The notes under the pieces are model-generated. The model saw only the letters and a program-made list of their open reading frames with translations, was not told where the DNA came from and made no database searches. Of a stretch of DNA of 64,000 nucleotides, positions 10,296-20,874 are shown piece by piece (the stretch's first letter is position 1; every line of letters begins with the position of its first letter). Source of the DNA: an uncultured bacterium (lineage in GTDB: Bacteria; Hydrothermota; Tepidihabitantia; SM23-42); contig CAYQPW010000007.1 in the NCBI GenBank assembly GCA_964419565.1, forward strand, positions 31,398-95,397, in the 5' to 3' direction. Made by a program: the position numbers and the translations under genes.

Positions 10296-11843
10296 ATGAA
10301 GACTGAAGATAGACTCAAACAGCTTGAAGAGCTGAATCAACAAGCACAACTCGGCGGAGGTGAGAAACGCACAAAAGCTCAGCATGATAGAGGAAGACTG
10401 ACTGCGCGTGAACGTATTGATTTGCTGATGGATAGAGGAACATTTCGAGAGACGGATAAATTTGTTACGCACAGATGCAGTGATTTTAACATGCAGGAAA
10501 GCAAAGTATTAGGAGACGGCGTGGTAACTGGTTATGGCCGGATAAATGGCCGCCCGGTATGCATTTTTGCTGAGGACTTCACTGTCTTCGGCGGGTCATT
10601 ATCCAAGGCATATGCTGAGAAAGTCTGTAAGCTCCAGGACCTTGCTCTTAAAATGGGGTGTCCGGTCATCGGGCTCAAAGATTCAGGAGGAGCAAGAATT
10701 CAGGAAGGAGTTGATTCCTTGGCGGGTTATACCGATGTTTTTTTAAGGAATGTGCTTTCGGCCGGTGTTGTACCGCAGATATCAGCGATCATGGGGCCAT
10801 GCGCGGGCGGCGCTGTCTATTCGCCGGCAATGACCGATTTTGTGATCATGGTGCAGGGTTCTTTTATGTTTCTTACCGGACCTGATGTTGTTAAGGCAGC
10901 GACGCATGAAGAGGTTACGTTTGAAGAACTTGGTGGCGCCATGGTGCATAATGAAAAGTCTGGGGTCGCTCATTTTGCGGTAGACTCAGAGATTGAATGT
11001 ATCGATCTCATTAAGAACCTGCTTTCTTTTATTCCCCAGAATAATCTCGAAGACCCTCCTCAAATAGACGGCAGCGACGATATAAACCGTATGGAAGATG
11101 ATCTTGATACGATCATCCCGGATAGTCCGAAAAAACCTTATGATATGCACGCGATATTGAAAATGGTCATTGATAATGGCGAATTGCTTGAAGTCCACAA
11201 ACATTATGCGAAGAACCTTATCGTTGGTTTCGCAAGATTCAATGGTCGGGCTGCTGGTATCGTCGCAAATCAGCCAGCTGTTCTGGCCGGCGTTCTGGAT
11301 ATTGAATCAGCTATGAAAGGTGCGAGATTTGTAAGATTCTGTGATTGTTTCAATATCCCTATCGTTACCTTTGTCGATGTGCCAGGATTCTTACCCGGGA
11401 CATCCCAGGAGTGGGGCGGCGTCATTAAAAATGGTGCAAAATTGCTTTATGCATTTTGTGAAGCGACTGTCCCGAGAGTTACTGTTATTACACGTAAAGC
11501 CTATGGTGGTGCCTACTGTGTCATGAGTTCAAAACATACCCGGGCCGATATCAATTATGCTTGGCCCAGCGCCGAGATTGCGGTAATGGGGCCAGACGGA
11601 GCAGTAAAGATCCTGTACCGTAAGGAAATAAAGGAAGCGAAGGATCCAAAGATGCTGGAGAAAAAGCTGATCGATGAATATACTGAGAAATTCGCCAATC
11701 CTTTTGTCACGGCGAGTAAAGGATATATCGATGCCGTTATCAAACCTTCCCAGACAAGGCCCAGAATCATTGAAGCCCTGGAAATGATTGAAAATAAAAG
11801 GGATACTAATCCACCGAGAAAACACGGGAATATACCGTTGTAG
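10296..11843 (+). CDS. pccB: propionyl-CoA carboxylase beta subunit / methylmalonyl-CoA carboxyltransferase
   Basis: N-terminus [33 protein letters not shown] is typical of PccB-type carboxyltransferases. 515 aa with two crotonase-like halves. Confidence 0.85.
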   Translation: MKTEDRLKQLEELNQQAQLGGGEKRTKAQHDRGRLTARERIDLLMDRGTFRETDKFVTHRCSDFNMQESKVLGDGVVTGYGRINGRPVCIFAEDFTVFGGSLSKAYAEKVCKLQDLALKMGCPVIGLKDSGGARIQEGVDSLAGYTDVFLRNVLSAGVVPQISAIMGPCAGGAVYSPAMTDFVIMVQGSFMFLTGPDVVKAATHEEVTFEELGGAMVHNEKSGVAHFAVDSEIECIDLIKNLLSFIPQNNLEDPPQIDGSDDINRMEDDLDTIIPDSPKKPYDMHAILKMVIDNGELLEVHKHYAKNLIVGFARFNGRAAGIVANQPAVLAGVLDIESAMKGARFVRFCDCFNIPIVTFVDVPGFLPGTSQEWGGVIKNGAKLLYAFCEATVPRVTVITRKAYGGAYCVMSSKHTRADINYAWPSAEIAVMGPDGAVKILYRKEIKEAKDPKMLEKKLIDEYTEKFANPFVTASKGYIDAVIKPSQTRPRIIEALEMIENKRDTNPPRKHGNIPL

Positions 11844-11891
11844 CATTGAAGATTTAAGATTGAAGATTTGAGATTTTGGATAACTGATTAA

Positions 11892-13403
11892 ATGCCAATG
11901 AAAATATTTAAGAAAATATTAGTCGCCAATCGTGGTGAGATCGCTGTACGGATCTTACGTGCTTGTCGTGAAATGGATATAGCATCAGTCACGATCTATT
12001 CAGATGCTGACCAGAATGCTCTGCACACCAAGTACGCTGATGAAGTCTGCCATATCGGTCGAGCACCAGCAGCGGAAAGTTATTTAAAGATCGACAAGAT
12101 AATCAAAGCAGCCAAAGATACCGGTGCTGAAGCGATTCATCCGGGCTATGGATTCCTTGCTGAGAATACGGATTTTGCCGAAGCTTGTGAATCGGCCGGC
12201 ATTGTATTCATCGGTCCATCATCACAAGCTATCAAGCTGCTGGGTGATAAGATCGCATCCAAAAAGACAATGGGTGCTGCCGGTATCCCGGTAATCCCAG
12301 GAAGCAGCGGTGCGGTAAAGAGAGAATCCGAGGCTCTGAAGACAGCCGAACAAATAGGTTTTCCAGTACTCATTAAGGCAGCCGGTGGAGGTGGTGGTAA
12401 GGGGATGCGCGTTGTGAAAGAACCTGGTGAATTGCCCAGCGCGATGAAGCAAGCTATTAATGAAGCACAGGCTGCTTTCAGTAACCCGGTCGTTTTTATT
12501 GAAAAATTTCTTGAAGCACCACGTCATATCGAATTTCAGATCCTCGCTGACAATCACGGCAATTCCATTCATTTGTTTGAAAGGGAATGCTCAGTCCAGC
12601 GACGGCATCAAAAACTGATCGAAGAGTCACCTTGCTCGATCATGACCCCGGAACTACGTTCGACCATGGGACAGGCAGCCGTGAAAGCAGTAAAGGCATC
12701 TGCATATACAAATGCAGGAACCGTTGAATTCATGGTCGATAAGAACAGGAAGTTCTATTTTCTGGAAATGAATACGAGGCTTCAGGTTGAGCATCCTGTT
12801 ACTGAATTGATAACCGGTATCGATATTGTTAAGGAACAATTGAAGATCGCAGCGGGTCAGACTCTGTCCTTGAAACAAGATGACATAAAGATGAATGGTG
12901 CTTCTATTGAATGTCGGATCTCGGCCGAGGACCCGGAGAACAATTTCGCCCCTTCAACCGGGAGGATAATCGAGATCAGAGAACCAGGTGGTCCAGGTAT
13001 TAGGTTAGATAGCGGGGTCTATGAAGGATTTGAAGTGCCGATATACTACGATCCTTTGATCGCCAAACTCCTTGTCTGGGCTCCTTCCCGAGAAGAGGCC
13101 ATTTCCAGAGCGAGGCGTGCCCTGAAAGAATATACGATTAGAGGGATCAAAACATCAATACCATTTCATATTCTTGTAATGAATAATACCGAGTTTATCA
13201 AAGGTGATTATGACACTACGTTTATCGACAAGGTCTTAGGTAAGGTAGTCTATAAGAAAGAATATCATGAAGTCGCTGCAATAGCTGCAACCATAGGAAA
13301 AATCATGAAAGAAAAACAGACAGTGGCAGGAAAACCAAACAGCCGCAGGGCATTAAATTCATGGAAGTTATCTGCACGCAAATCGATTATGAGGGGTAGT
13401 TAG
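11892..13403 (+). CDS. biotin carboxylase subunit (ATP-grasp), stand-alone
   Basis: ILVANRGEIAVRI, HPGYGFLAEN, GGGGKGMR and ECSVQRRHQKLIEE motifs. 503 aa, no biotinyl domain. Confidence 0.9.
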   Translation: MPMKIFKKILVANRGEIAVRILRACREMDIASVTIYSDADQNALHTKYADEVCHIGRAPAAESYLKIDKIIKAAKDTGAEAIHPGYGFLAENTDFAEACESAGIVFIGPSSQAIKLLGDKIASKKTMGAAGIPVIPGSSGAVKRESEALKTAEQIGFPVLIKAAGGGGGKGMRVVKEPGELPSAMKQAINEAQAAFSNPVVFIEKFLEAPRHIEFQILADNHGNSIHLFERECSVQRRHQKLIEESPCSIMTPELRSTMGQAAVKAVKASAYTNAGTVEFMVDKNRKFYFLEMNTRLQVEHPVTELITGIDIVKEQLKIAAGQTLSLKQDDIKMNGASIECRISAEDPENNFAPSTGRIIEIREPGGPGIRLDSGVYEGFEVPIYYDPLIAKLLVWAPSREEAISRARRALKEYTIRGIKTSIPFHILVMNNTEFIKGDYDTTFIDKVLGKVVYKKEYHEVAAIAATIGKIMKEKQTVAGKPNSRRALNSWKLSARKSIMRGS

Positions 13404-13404
13404 C

Positions 13405-13896
13405 GTGGCTGATATTGTCAAGGTTGACGATCAGACGATCAGGGTAGATGTCAAAAAGCAGGATGAGAAATTCTGTGTTTTTCTCAACGGTGAAGCAAAA
13501 CAGGTAGAGGTGATCGATGAGCGCGGCTCGCACATGACATTGATAATAGATGGCAGACCTTTCGACGTTGTTTTTGCTGATAATAACACGATAATTGTCA
13601 ACAACCAGGAATACACTATCGATATTTTTGATGAACAAGTGGCAAAATTGATGAAAACAAGCGCTGGTAAATCCCAGAAACAGGAACTCGTGGTAAAAGC
13701 AGCGATGCCTGGTTTGATAATTGAGGTGTGTGTTAAAGAAGGTGAAACTGTCAGCGATGGTCAGGGGTTACTCATTATCGAGGCGATGAAGATGCAAAAT
13801 GAAATGTGCAGTTCCAGAGATGGCGTAATAGCAAAAATCAATGTTGAAAAAGGACAGACTGTAAATCGTGGTGACAAATTGATCGTAATAAGATGA
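13405..13896 (+). CDS. biotin carboxyl carrier protein (biotinyl domain)
   Basis: EAMKMQNE biotinylation motif near the C-terminus. GTG start 1 nt after the biotin carboxylase stop. Confidence 0.85.
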   Translation: MADIVKVDDQTIRVDVKKQDEKFCVFLNGEAKQVEVIDERGSHMTLIIDGRPFDVVFADNNTIIVNNQEYTIDIFDEQVAKLMKTSAGKSQKQELVVKAAMPGLIIEVCVKEGETVSDGQGLLIIEAMKMQNEMCSSRDGVIAKINVEKGQTVNRGDKLIVIR

Positions 13897-13952
13897 AATG
13901 CCAAACACGAGATCCGAGATCATAGGCAATATCAAATCACAGAATTCATGCA

Positions 13953-14042
13953 TATCAGGATACCAGAATATCAGTGAGAAGCAGACCAGAAACTCAGAAT
14001 ATCAGGTTAAAAATCTGGTCTTCTGGCATGCTGATACTCTGA
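13953..14042. repeat. TATCAG-type intergenic repeat cluster (copy 1)
   Basis: TATCAGGATACCAGAATATCAG (13953-13974), a second CAGAATATCAG (13995-14005) and the complementary CTGATACTCTGA (14031-14042). Confidence 0.6.
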
Positions 14043-14092
14043 TGTGCACTTTTTAAAGCAAGAGATATGGGAATTTAGCAATTGAGGAAGGC

Positions 14093-15643
14093 ATGTTTTT
14101 CTCTCCTGATGATATAAAAAATCTGAGATACAGAGACGATTTGGGCGATCCTGGAGAGTTCCCCTTTACCAGGGGTGTTTACCCGACTATGTATACCGGA
14201 CGACTATGGACCATGCGACAGTATGCTGGTTATGCAACCGCTGAGGAGTCAAACCGCCGCTATCGATATCTTCTGAAGCACGGGCAGACTGGTTTGTCAG
14301 TTGCTTTTGATCTACCGACTCAGATGGGTTATGATTCTGACCATGCTCTTGCTCATGGTGAGGTCGGCAAGACCGGTGTTGCGATCGATACTCTAGAGGA
14401 TATGGAGATATTATTCAGGGGTATACCTCTTGAACGTGTTAGCACATCAATGACGATCAATGCTACTGCAGCGGTACTTCTGGCCATGTATATTGCGGTT
14501 GCAGAAAAACAAGGTGTTAGCAGAGAAAAGTTGGCCGGTACTGTTCAGAATGATATTCTTAAGGAATATGTTGCGCGTGGTACATATATATATCCACCCA
14601 AAGCATCGATCAGTCTCTCGGTCAATATCATGAAATACTGCAGTAAGCATTTACCTAAATGGAATACCATTTCAGTTTCTGGATATCATATAAGGGAAGC
14701 CGGGGCTACTGCGGTGCAGGAGCTTGCTTTTACGCTCGCTAATGGTATAACATACGTTCAACATGCGATCGAACACGGGGGGCTCGATGTTGATTCTTTT
14801 GCTCCCCGTATATCGTTTTTCTTTAATGCTCACAATAATTTCTTTGAAGAGATAGCGAAATTCAGGGCCGCGCGCAGGATCTGGGCACGTATCATGAAGA
14901 TTCGTTTTAAGGCAAGGGATCCGAAATCCTGGATGCTGCGTTTTCACACGCAAACAGCAGGGTCGACACTGACCGCTCAGGAATCCGACAATAATGCGAT
15001 CCGGGTTGCCTATCAAGCACTGGCTGCAGTCCTGGGCGGGACACAAAGTTTACATACGAACTCGCGCGACGAGGCTTTGTCTTTGCCGAGCGAAGATTCG
15101 GTAAAGCTCGCGCTACGTACTCAACAGCTCATTGCATACGAAAGCAAGATTCCAGAAACGATCGATCCACTGGGGGGATCGTATTATATCGAATCATTGA
15201 CTGGCAATATTGAAAAACAGGTAAATGAATACTTGGAAACGATCGAATCAATGGGTGGTGTTTTACTAGCTATTGAAAAGGGATATTTTCAGGAAGAGAT
15301 ACACCGCAGCGCTTACGAATTCCAAAAAGCTGTTGAAAGTGGCGATATTAGTGTGATTGGGGTAAATCGTTTCGCTGCTGAGGAAACTAGAAAAATTTTC
15401 ACCGCGGTCAAGGTTTCACCCATAGCCGTGAAAAACCAGGTGCAAAGAACAAGGAGAATTAAAACAAAGCGCAATAACGTCGAGACAAGGGCGCTTTTGA
15501 AGAAATTAGAGCGAGCAGCGACCGCGGGTGAGGATCTAGTGGAACCGATACTGTCGTGTGTTAAAGCTTATGCGACTATCGGTGAAATTTCAGATACATT
15601 AAGGGACGTGTATGGCGAATATAAAGAGAAGAGTATATTTTGA
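14093..15643 (+). CDS. methylmalonyl-CoA mutase large (substrate-binding) subunit, no fused or adjacent B12 domain
   Basis: TMRQYAGYA (Tyr44, equivalent to MCM Tyr89) and [14 protein letters not shown] (Arg162, equivalent to MCM Arg207). 516 aa. Confidence 0.85.
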   Translation: MFFSPDDIKNLRYRDDLGDPGEFPFTRGVYPTMYTGRLWTMRQYAGYATAEESNRRYRYLLKHGQTGLSVAFDLPTQMGYDSDHALAHGEVGKTGVAIDTLEDMEILFRGIPLERVSTSMTINATAAVLLAMYIAVAEKQGVSREKLAGTVQNDILKEYVARGTYIYPPKASISLSVNIMKYCSKHLPKWNTISVSGYHIREAGATAVQELAFTLANGITYVQHAIEHGGLDVDSFAPRISFFFNAHNNFFEEIAKFRAARRIWARIMKIRFKARDPKSWMLRFHTQTAGSTLTAQESDNNAIRVAYQALAAVLGGTQSLHTNSRDEALSLPSEDSVKLALRTQQLIAYESKIPETIDPLGGSYYIESLTGNIEKQVNEYLETIESMGGVLLAIEKGYFQEEIHRSAYEFQKAVESGDISVIGVNRFAAEETRKIFTAVKVSPIAVKNQVQRTRRIKTKRNNVETRALLKKLERAATAGEDLVEPILSCVKAYATIGEISDTLRDVYGEYKEKSIF

Positions 15644-15730
15644 ACATACAAATGGAAACTTGGTATGGGTTTGGCGCCCCGCTTTGCAGTACGAGGTCGG
15701 GGAAGCAAGAGTAACTAAAGGAGGTTTCAG

Positions 15731-16819
15731 ATGATTTTTGGTATCCCTCGGGAAGTTCCGCCTTTTAAGAACACACCGGAATATAGAGTTGGATTTTCTC
15801 CCATGGCCGCAAAAGAACTTATGTTATACGGTGCAAAATTTTATGTCGAGACAAAAGCTGGAGAAGGTGCAGGATTCTCAGACGAGGATTATGAAAGGGC
15901 TGGCGCGACTATTGTTTACTCGAAAGAAGAAGCATATCGACGAGCAGATATTGTTATTAAGGTCAGGCGCCCTCAGCAGGAAGAATTTCAATATATGAAT
16001 GAGGGACAGATCCTGATGGGTTTTATCCATATGGTTACTGCTCGTAAAGCTTTTATTAAAACTGTTCAGGATAAAAAAATGACCATCATCGGCTACGAAA
16101 TAATGCAAAATGAGGATGGCCGGCTGCCGGTCGTTATACCGATGAGTGAAATGGCAGGTAAACTTTCAGTACAGATCGCTGGTCGCTTATTAGAATCACC
16201 AGGTGGTGGAAGGGGTATTCTATTGGGTGGTATAGCTGGTATCCCGCCCGCTGAAGTCGTGATCCTGGGTGCTGGTACTCTTGGTTGTAATGCTGCAAAA
16301 TCCTTTGCCTTTTCTGGTGCCAATGTTTATGTTCTCGACGTCGTTCGTGATAAACTCGATAGTCTTGTATGTCAAACCAGCGGCAGTCGGATCACAACTA
16401 TGTTTTCAACAAAACATAATATTGAAAAACTCCTCAAGTTTGCCGACGTTGTGATTTGTGCGGTGTTGGAACCTGGCAAACGTTCCCCGATCCTTATTAC
16501 AAAAGAGATGGTTGGTGCAATGCGTCCTGGCGCGGTGCTGATCGATTTTTCTATTGATCAGGGTGGCTGTTCTGAGACGTCAAAGATATCACCAAGCGGT
16601 CAGTTTATTTATAAGGTTGGCGGGGTTATTCATTTCTGCATGCCTAACGCGACGACGCTCGTTGCCCGGACTGCGACACACACGATTAGTTCAGGGATCT
16701 TTCCATTTCTCAGAATATTAACTGAAAAAGGGATAGAGATAACATTGAAGGAAAATTATGCTTTAAAACACGGTATCTATGTTGAGCGTGGTATTATCAG
16801 GGAGGAGTACAGGGTATGA
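15731..16819 (+). CDS. ald: alanine dehydrogenase / PNT-family NAD dehydrogenase
   Basis: MSEMAGKLSVQIAGRLLE..GGGRGILLGG..VVILGAGTLG matches the AlaDH catalytic and Rossmann signature. AAAGGAGG ribosome-binding site. Confidence 0.7.
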   Translation: MIFGIPREVPPFKNTPEYRVGFSPMAAKELMLYGAKFYVETKAGEGAGFSDEDYERAGATIVYSKEEAYRRADIVIKVRRPQQEEFQYMNEGQILMGFIHMVTARKAFIKTVQDKKMTIIGYEIMQNEDGRLPVVIPMSEMAGKLSVQIAGRLLESPGGGRGILLGGIAGIPPAEVVILGAGTLGCNAAKSFAFSGANVYVLDVVRDKLDSLVCQTSGSRITTMFSTKHNIEKLLKFADVVICAVLEPGKRSPILITKEMVGAMRPGAVLIDFSIDQGGCSETSKISPSGQFIYKVGGVIHFCMPNATTLVARTATHTISSGIFPFLRILTEKGIEITLKENYALKHGIYVERGIIREEYRV

Positions 16820-18111
16820 GTTGGTTCGACAGTTATAAAGAAAAAAAATGTTCTATTGAGGATGCTGTTTCGGTCGTTAAGGACAATGACCGGATCTATG
16901 TCAGCGGTAATGCGGCGACTCCTTTTGGGTTGATGGATGCGCTTGAGCAGCGAAAGGATGAACTGCATAATGTTGAACTTGCGCATGTGCTTTTATTTGG
17001 TGATGAACCTTTGTCAAAGCCCGGAATGGAAGGTCATTTTCGACACAACTCGCTTTTCGTGGGTCCAGCTGACCGTGCAGCCGTGAATGCGGGTAAAGCG
17101 GATTATATCCCGGTTTTTCTTTACGAGATACCGAGTCTTTTCTATACGGGTTTGTTACCAGTTGATGTAGCTTTTATGCATCTATCACCTCCTGATGAAC
17201 ATGGTTTCATGAGCTATGGGGTCGAATGTTTGGCTTCAAAAGCTGCTGCAGAGTCAGCCAAGATCGTAGTCGCCCAGGTAAATGAGAAGATGCCGCGCGC
17301 TCTTGGTGATTCGTTCATACATGCATCAAGAGTGTCCAAGATCGTTGAGATCTCAGAAGATTTACCTGAGTTACAGCCCATCCCGTTCACTGATGTTGAG
17401 AAGAAAATCGGCGCAAATGTTGCCAGTCTGGTCGAAGATGGTTCTACTGTTCAGTTGGGTATCGGCGGGATCCCTAACGCCGCGCTTAAAGCTATGTTCG
17501 ACAGGAGGGATCTCGGTGTTCATACAGAAATGGTTTCAGATAGCATAATTGAAGCTATTGAAGCAGGCGTTATTACCGGTTCGAAAAAAACGCTGCATAA
17601 CAGTAAGATCATCGCGACATTTTATTTGGGAACAAAAAAGATCTATGAATTTATCGATAATAATCCAGTATTTGAGACCCACCCATGCAACTATACAAAC
17701 CATCCTTATATTATAGGACAAAACGAAAAGATGGTTGCGATAAATTCCGCGATTGAAGTCGACCTTACCGGGCAGGTATGCTCAGATTCCATCGGTACGA
17801 GGATCTATTCGGGTTTTGGTGGCCAACTTGATTTTATAAGGGGTGCTGCTCAATCCAAAGGCGGTAAACCCATTATCGCTTTGTCATCGACTGCCAAAGG
17901 GGGTAAGCTAAGCAAGATCGTACCTACTATGCAGGTAGGCGCTGGTGTGGTAACAACACGCGCTGATGTCCATTATGTTGTTACTGAGCACGGTGTTGCA
18001 AATTTACACGGCAAGAATCTGCGCCAGCGTGCCGAAGCCCTTATCTCTATAGCTCATCCGGATTTTCATAATATCCTCGAAGAAGAAGCAAAGAAAAGGA
18101 AATTGCTCTAG
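16816..18111 (+). CDS. acetyl-CoA hydrolase/transferase family CoA-transferase (4-hydroxybutyrate/butyryl-CoA:acetate type)
   Basis: 431 aa, the size of Cat2/AbfT-type enzymes. VQLGIGGIPNA, HTEMVSD and GFGGQLDFIRGA segments. Confidence 0.75.
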   Translation: MSWFDSYKEKKCSIEDAVSVVKDNDRIYVSGNAATPFGLMDALEQRKDELHNVELAHVLLFGDEPLSKPGMEGHFRHNSLFVGPADRAAVNAGKADYIPVFLYEIPSLFYTGLLPVDVAFMHLSPPDEHGFMSYGVECLASKAAAESAKIVVAQVNEKMPRALGDSFIHASRVSKIVEISEDLPELQPIPFTDVEKKIGANVASLVEDGSTVQLGIGGIPNAALKAMFDRRDLGVHTEMVSDSIIEAIEAGVITGSKKTLHNSKIIATFYLGTKKIYEFIDNNPVFETHPCNYTNHPYIIGQNEKMVAINSAIEVDLTGQVCSDSIGTRIYSGFGGQLDFIRGAAQSKGGKPIIALSSTAKGGKLSKIVPTMQVGAGVVTTRADVHYVVTEHGVANLHGKNLRQRAEALISIAHPDFHNILEEEAKKRKLL

Positions 18112-18143
18112 GAGTGTAGTCTAACATTTAACAATTCTTTATC

Positions 18144-18542
18144 ATGACTTTGGATCATATAGGTATCGCCGTCAAATCAATAGAAAAGAGATTAGCTATC
18201 TGGAAAAATGCATTGGGTTTGACCTTTGTCAAAATAGAAGAGATCCAGGATCAGAAGGTCAAGGTGGCAAGGTTGGATGTCGGTGGTACAGAGATCGAAT
18301 TATTAGAACCGACAGATAATGACAGTCCTATTTCTAATTTCATAGAAAAAAGAGGGGAGGGTATTCATCATCTGTGTTTTCAGGTGGATGATATTGAAAG
18401 GGCCCTGACCGAGATAAAAGGTCAAGGCATAAAATTGATCGATGAGATCCCGAGAACTGGCGCAGGAGGGAACAAGATAGCTTTTATCCATCCAAAGGAT
18501 ATGGGTGGTGTATTGATCGAATTAACCCAAAAAAAGATTTAA
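18144..18542 (+). CDS. mce: methylmalonyl-CoA epimerase (VOC/glyoxalase fold)
   Basis: 132 aa. LDHIGIAV...EGIHHLCF...[14 protein letters not shown] is the typical epimerase pattern. Confidence 0.8.
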   Translation: MTLDHIGIAVKSIEKRLAIWKNALGLTFVKIEEIQDQKVKVARLDVGGTEIELLEPTDNDSPISNFIEKRGEGIHHLCFQVDDIERALTEIKGQGIKLIDEIPRTGAGGNKIAFIHPKDMGGVLIELTQKKI

Positions 18543-18570
18543 CGATTAATAATGATTTTTCTAAGGAGGA

Positions 18571-19740
18571 ATGATGCATATCGAGTCAAAAATAGTGCAT
18601 GGTGGTCAGCATCCTGATAAGGAGACTGGTGCCCTCGCACCACCGATCTATCAGACATCGACTTTTGCATTCCGTGATGCTGATCATGGCGCACGGCTTT
18701 TTAAGCAGGAAGAAACAGGTTATATCTATACAAGGCTTAGTAATCCGACCATCGATCTGCTTGCCAAAAAGGTCGCTTTACTGGAATCTACTGAGGCCGG
18801 GGTCGTATTTGCATCGGGCCTTGCGGCGATTTTCAATTTAGTAGTGACGCTCTCAAAAGCAGGTGAACATATCGTTTCTGACGATACTATCTATGGCGGA
18901 ACTTACGCACTGTGCAAGAATATTCTTCCCAACTTAGGTATTGAAGTAACGTTCTGCGATACTGCGGATGCTGATCAGCTGAGATCTGCGATACGCGATA
19001 ACACAAGATTAGTATTCACAGAAACACCAGCAAACCCGACACTGAAAATCATTGATATCGCCAAATGCGCAGAAGTGACACACGCTAAGAAAATTCCTCT
19101 GTGTGTTGACAATACTTTTGCAACACCCTATCTTCAGAGACCAGTAGAACTCGGCGCTGATATTGTTGTTCACTCAGCGACAAAGTACTTTGGTGGTCAT
19201 GGTGATATTATCGGCGGCATTGTCGTTGGAAAAAAGGATTTTATCCATGGACTCTGGGAGAATGCCAAAGAGATAGGAGCATGCAATTCGCCATTCAATG
19301 CGTGGCTCGTATTACGCGGTCTTAAAACTCTGGCAGTAAGGATGGACCGCCACTGCATGAATGCGATGAAAATCGCAGAATATCTTAATAAACATGACAG
19401 AGTTGAGAAAGTATATTATCCAGGGCTTTTATCGCACCCGGGGCATGAACTCGCCAAGAAACAGATGAGTGGCTTTGGCGGCATGGTCGGATTTGATGTG
19501 AAAGGTGGCAAAGAAGCAGGTAAGGTAATAATGAATTCTGTTAGATTATGTATCCTTGCGGTAAGTCTTGGTGATGCTGATACCCTCATCGAGCACCCTG
19601 CCTCAATGACGCATTCGACTTATTCTGACGGAGAATTACGTGATTGCGGGATCAATCCTGGCTATGTAAGATTATCAGTGGGTCTTGAACACGCTGATGA
19701 TATAATCGCTGATCTTGACCAGGCTCTTAGTAAGTTATAG
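18571..19740 (+). CDS. methionine gamma-lyase / Cys-Met-metabolism PLP enzyme
   Basis: HSATKYFGGHGD PLP-lysine motif; YTRLSNPT and DNTFATPYLQRP segments; 389 aa. Confidence 0.75.
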   Translation: MMHIESKIVHGGQHPDKETGALAPPIYQTSTFAFRDADHGARLFKQEETGYIYTRLSNPTIDLLAKKVALLESTEAGVVFASGLAAIFNLVVTLSKAGEHIVSDDTIYGGTYALCKNILPNLGIEVTFCDTADADQLRSAIRDNTRLVFTETPANPTLKIIDIAKCAEVTHAKKIPLCVDNTFATPYLQRPVELGADIVVHSATKYFGGHGDIIGGIVVGKKDFIHGLWENAKEIGACNSPFNAWLVLRGLKTLAVRMDRHCMNAMKIAEYLNKHDRVEKVYYPGLLSHPGHELAKKQMSGFGGMVGFDVKGGKEAGKVIMNSVRLCILAVSLGDADTLIEHPASMTHSTYSDGELRDCGINPGYVRLSVGLEHADDIIADLDQALSKL

Positions 19741-19804
19741 AAGATGGGTTGGGGTTTGGAAACTAGAAATCCCGCATCCTAACCCTGACCAAATAACGAT
19801 TTTG
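19741..19804. repeat. intercistronic imperfect hairpin element, family 1, copy B
   Basis: AAGATGGGTTGGGGTTTGGA ... TCCTAACCCTGACCAAATAACGATTTTG. Same position relative to the upstream stop and downstream AAGGAGG. Confidence 0.7.
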
Positions 19805-19817
19805 TCAAGGAGGTTTG

Positions 19818-20864
19818 ATGATTGGAATTGTTGGCTACGGTTCATATTTACCGAGATATAGGATCAAGGTAGAAGAGATCGCTCATCAATGGGGTCGAGA
19901 CCCTGAAACAGTGAAACGTGGTTTAATGCTTAAGGAAAAGACTGTACCTGGACTCGATGAAGATACAATCACGATTTCGGTCGAAGCTGCACGTAATGCA
20001 TTGAAAAGAGCTGGTATTGACCCGACTGATATTGGTGCTCTTTATATCGGTTCTGAGTCGCATCCATATGCTGTAAAACCATCTGGTACAGTCGTTGCTG
20101 AAGCTCTGGGTGCTGTACCGAATGTGCACATAGCAGATTATGAGTTTGCCTGTAAAGCGGGAACTGAGGCGATGTTCGTAGGTTACGGTCTAGTAAAAGC
20201 CGGTCTTGTAAAATATGCACTTGCTATTGGTGCTGATACATCACAGGGTGCACCTGGTGACGCATTGGAGTTCTCTGCATCGGCTGGCGGTTCGGCATTC
20301 ATATTTGGCAAAGAGCGGGTAGTCGCTGAGGTTTTGGACACATTTTCCTATACGACCGACACGCCTGACTTCTGGCGTCGAGAAGGTGCTTTTTATCCAT
20401 TGCATGGCGGTCGTTTTACAGGTGAACCCGCATATTTCAAACATGTTCTAGGTGCTGGACATGCGATCCTGGAAAAGAGCGGGTATAAACCTGAGGACTT
20501 CGCCTATGCGATATTTCACATGCCAAATGGGAAATTTCCTCTGACTGCAGGTAAAAAGTTGGGTTTTACAAAAGAGCAAATGGAGCCCGGTTGGATAGTG
20601 CCTTTGATGGGTAATACATATTCAGGTTCGTCACCCACGGGTTTTTCTGCGACCCTGGACATTGCTAAACCCGGTGATCTGATATTGCTCGTGTCATTCG
20701 GGTCTGGAGCTGGAAGTGATGCCTTCGTATTCAAAACCACTGACCTGATCGATGAGGTACGTGATAAGGCCGAGAAACTTAGAGAGATGCTTGATAATAA
20801 CCGTATTTACCTTGATTATGGTCAATATGCAAAATATCGGGGTAAGATCATAATGAACGAATAA
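19818..20864 (+). CDS. HMG-CoA synthase, short archaeal type
   Basis: About 348 aa. GSESHPY (Glu), [11 protein letters not shown] (Cys), FHMPNGKF (His) and GNTYSGSS motifs. ATG 19818 preferred over TTG 19815 on spacing from AGGAGG. Confidence 0.8.
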   Translation: MIGIVGYGSYLPRYRIKVEEIAHQWGRDPETVKRGLMLKEKTVPGLDEDTITISVEAARNALKRAGIDPTDIGALYIGSESHPYAVKPSGTVVAEALGAVPNVHIADYEFACKAGTEAMFVGYGLVKAGLVKYALAIGADTSQGAPGDALEFSASAGGSAFIFGKERVVAEVLDTFSYTTDTPDFWRREGAFYPLHGGRFTGEPAYFKHVLGAGHAILEKSGYKPEDFAYAIFHMPNGKFPLTAGKKLGFTKEQMEPGWIVPLMGNTYSGSSPTGFSATLDIAKPGDLILLVSFGSGAGSDAFVFKTTDLIDEVRDKAEKLREMLDNNRIYLDYGQYAKYRGKIIMNE

Positions 20865-20874
20865 GGAGGCTGGT

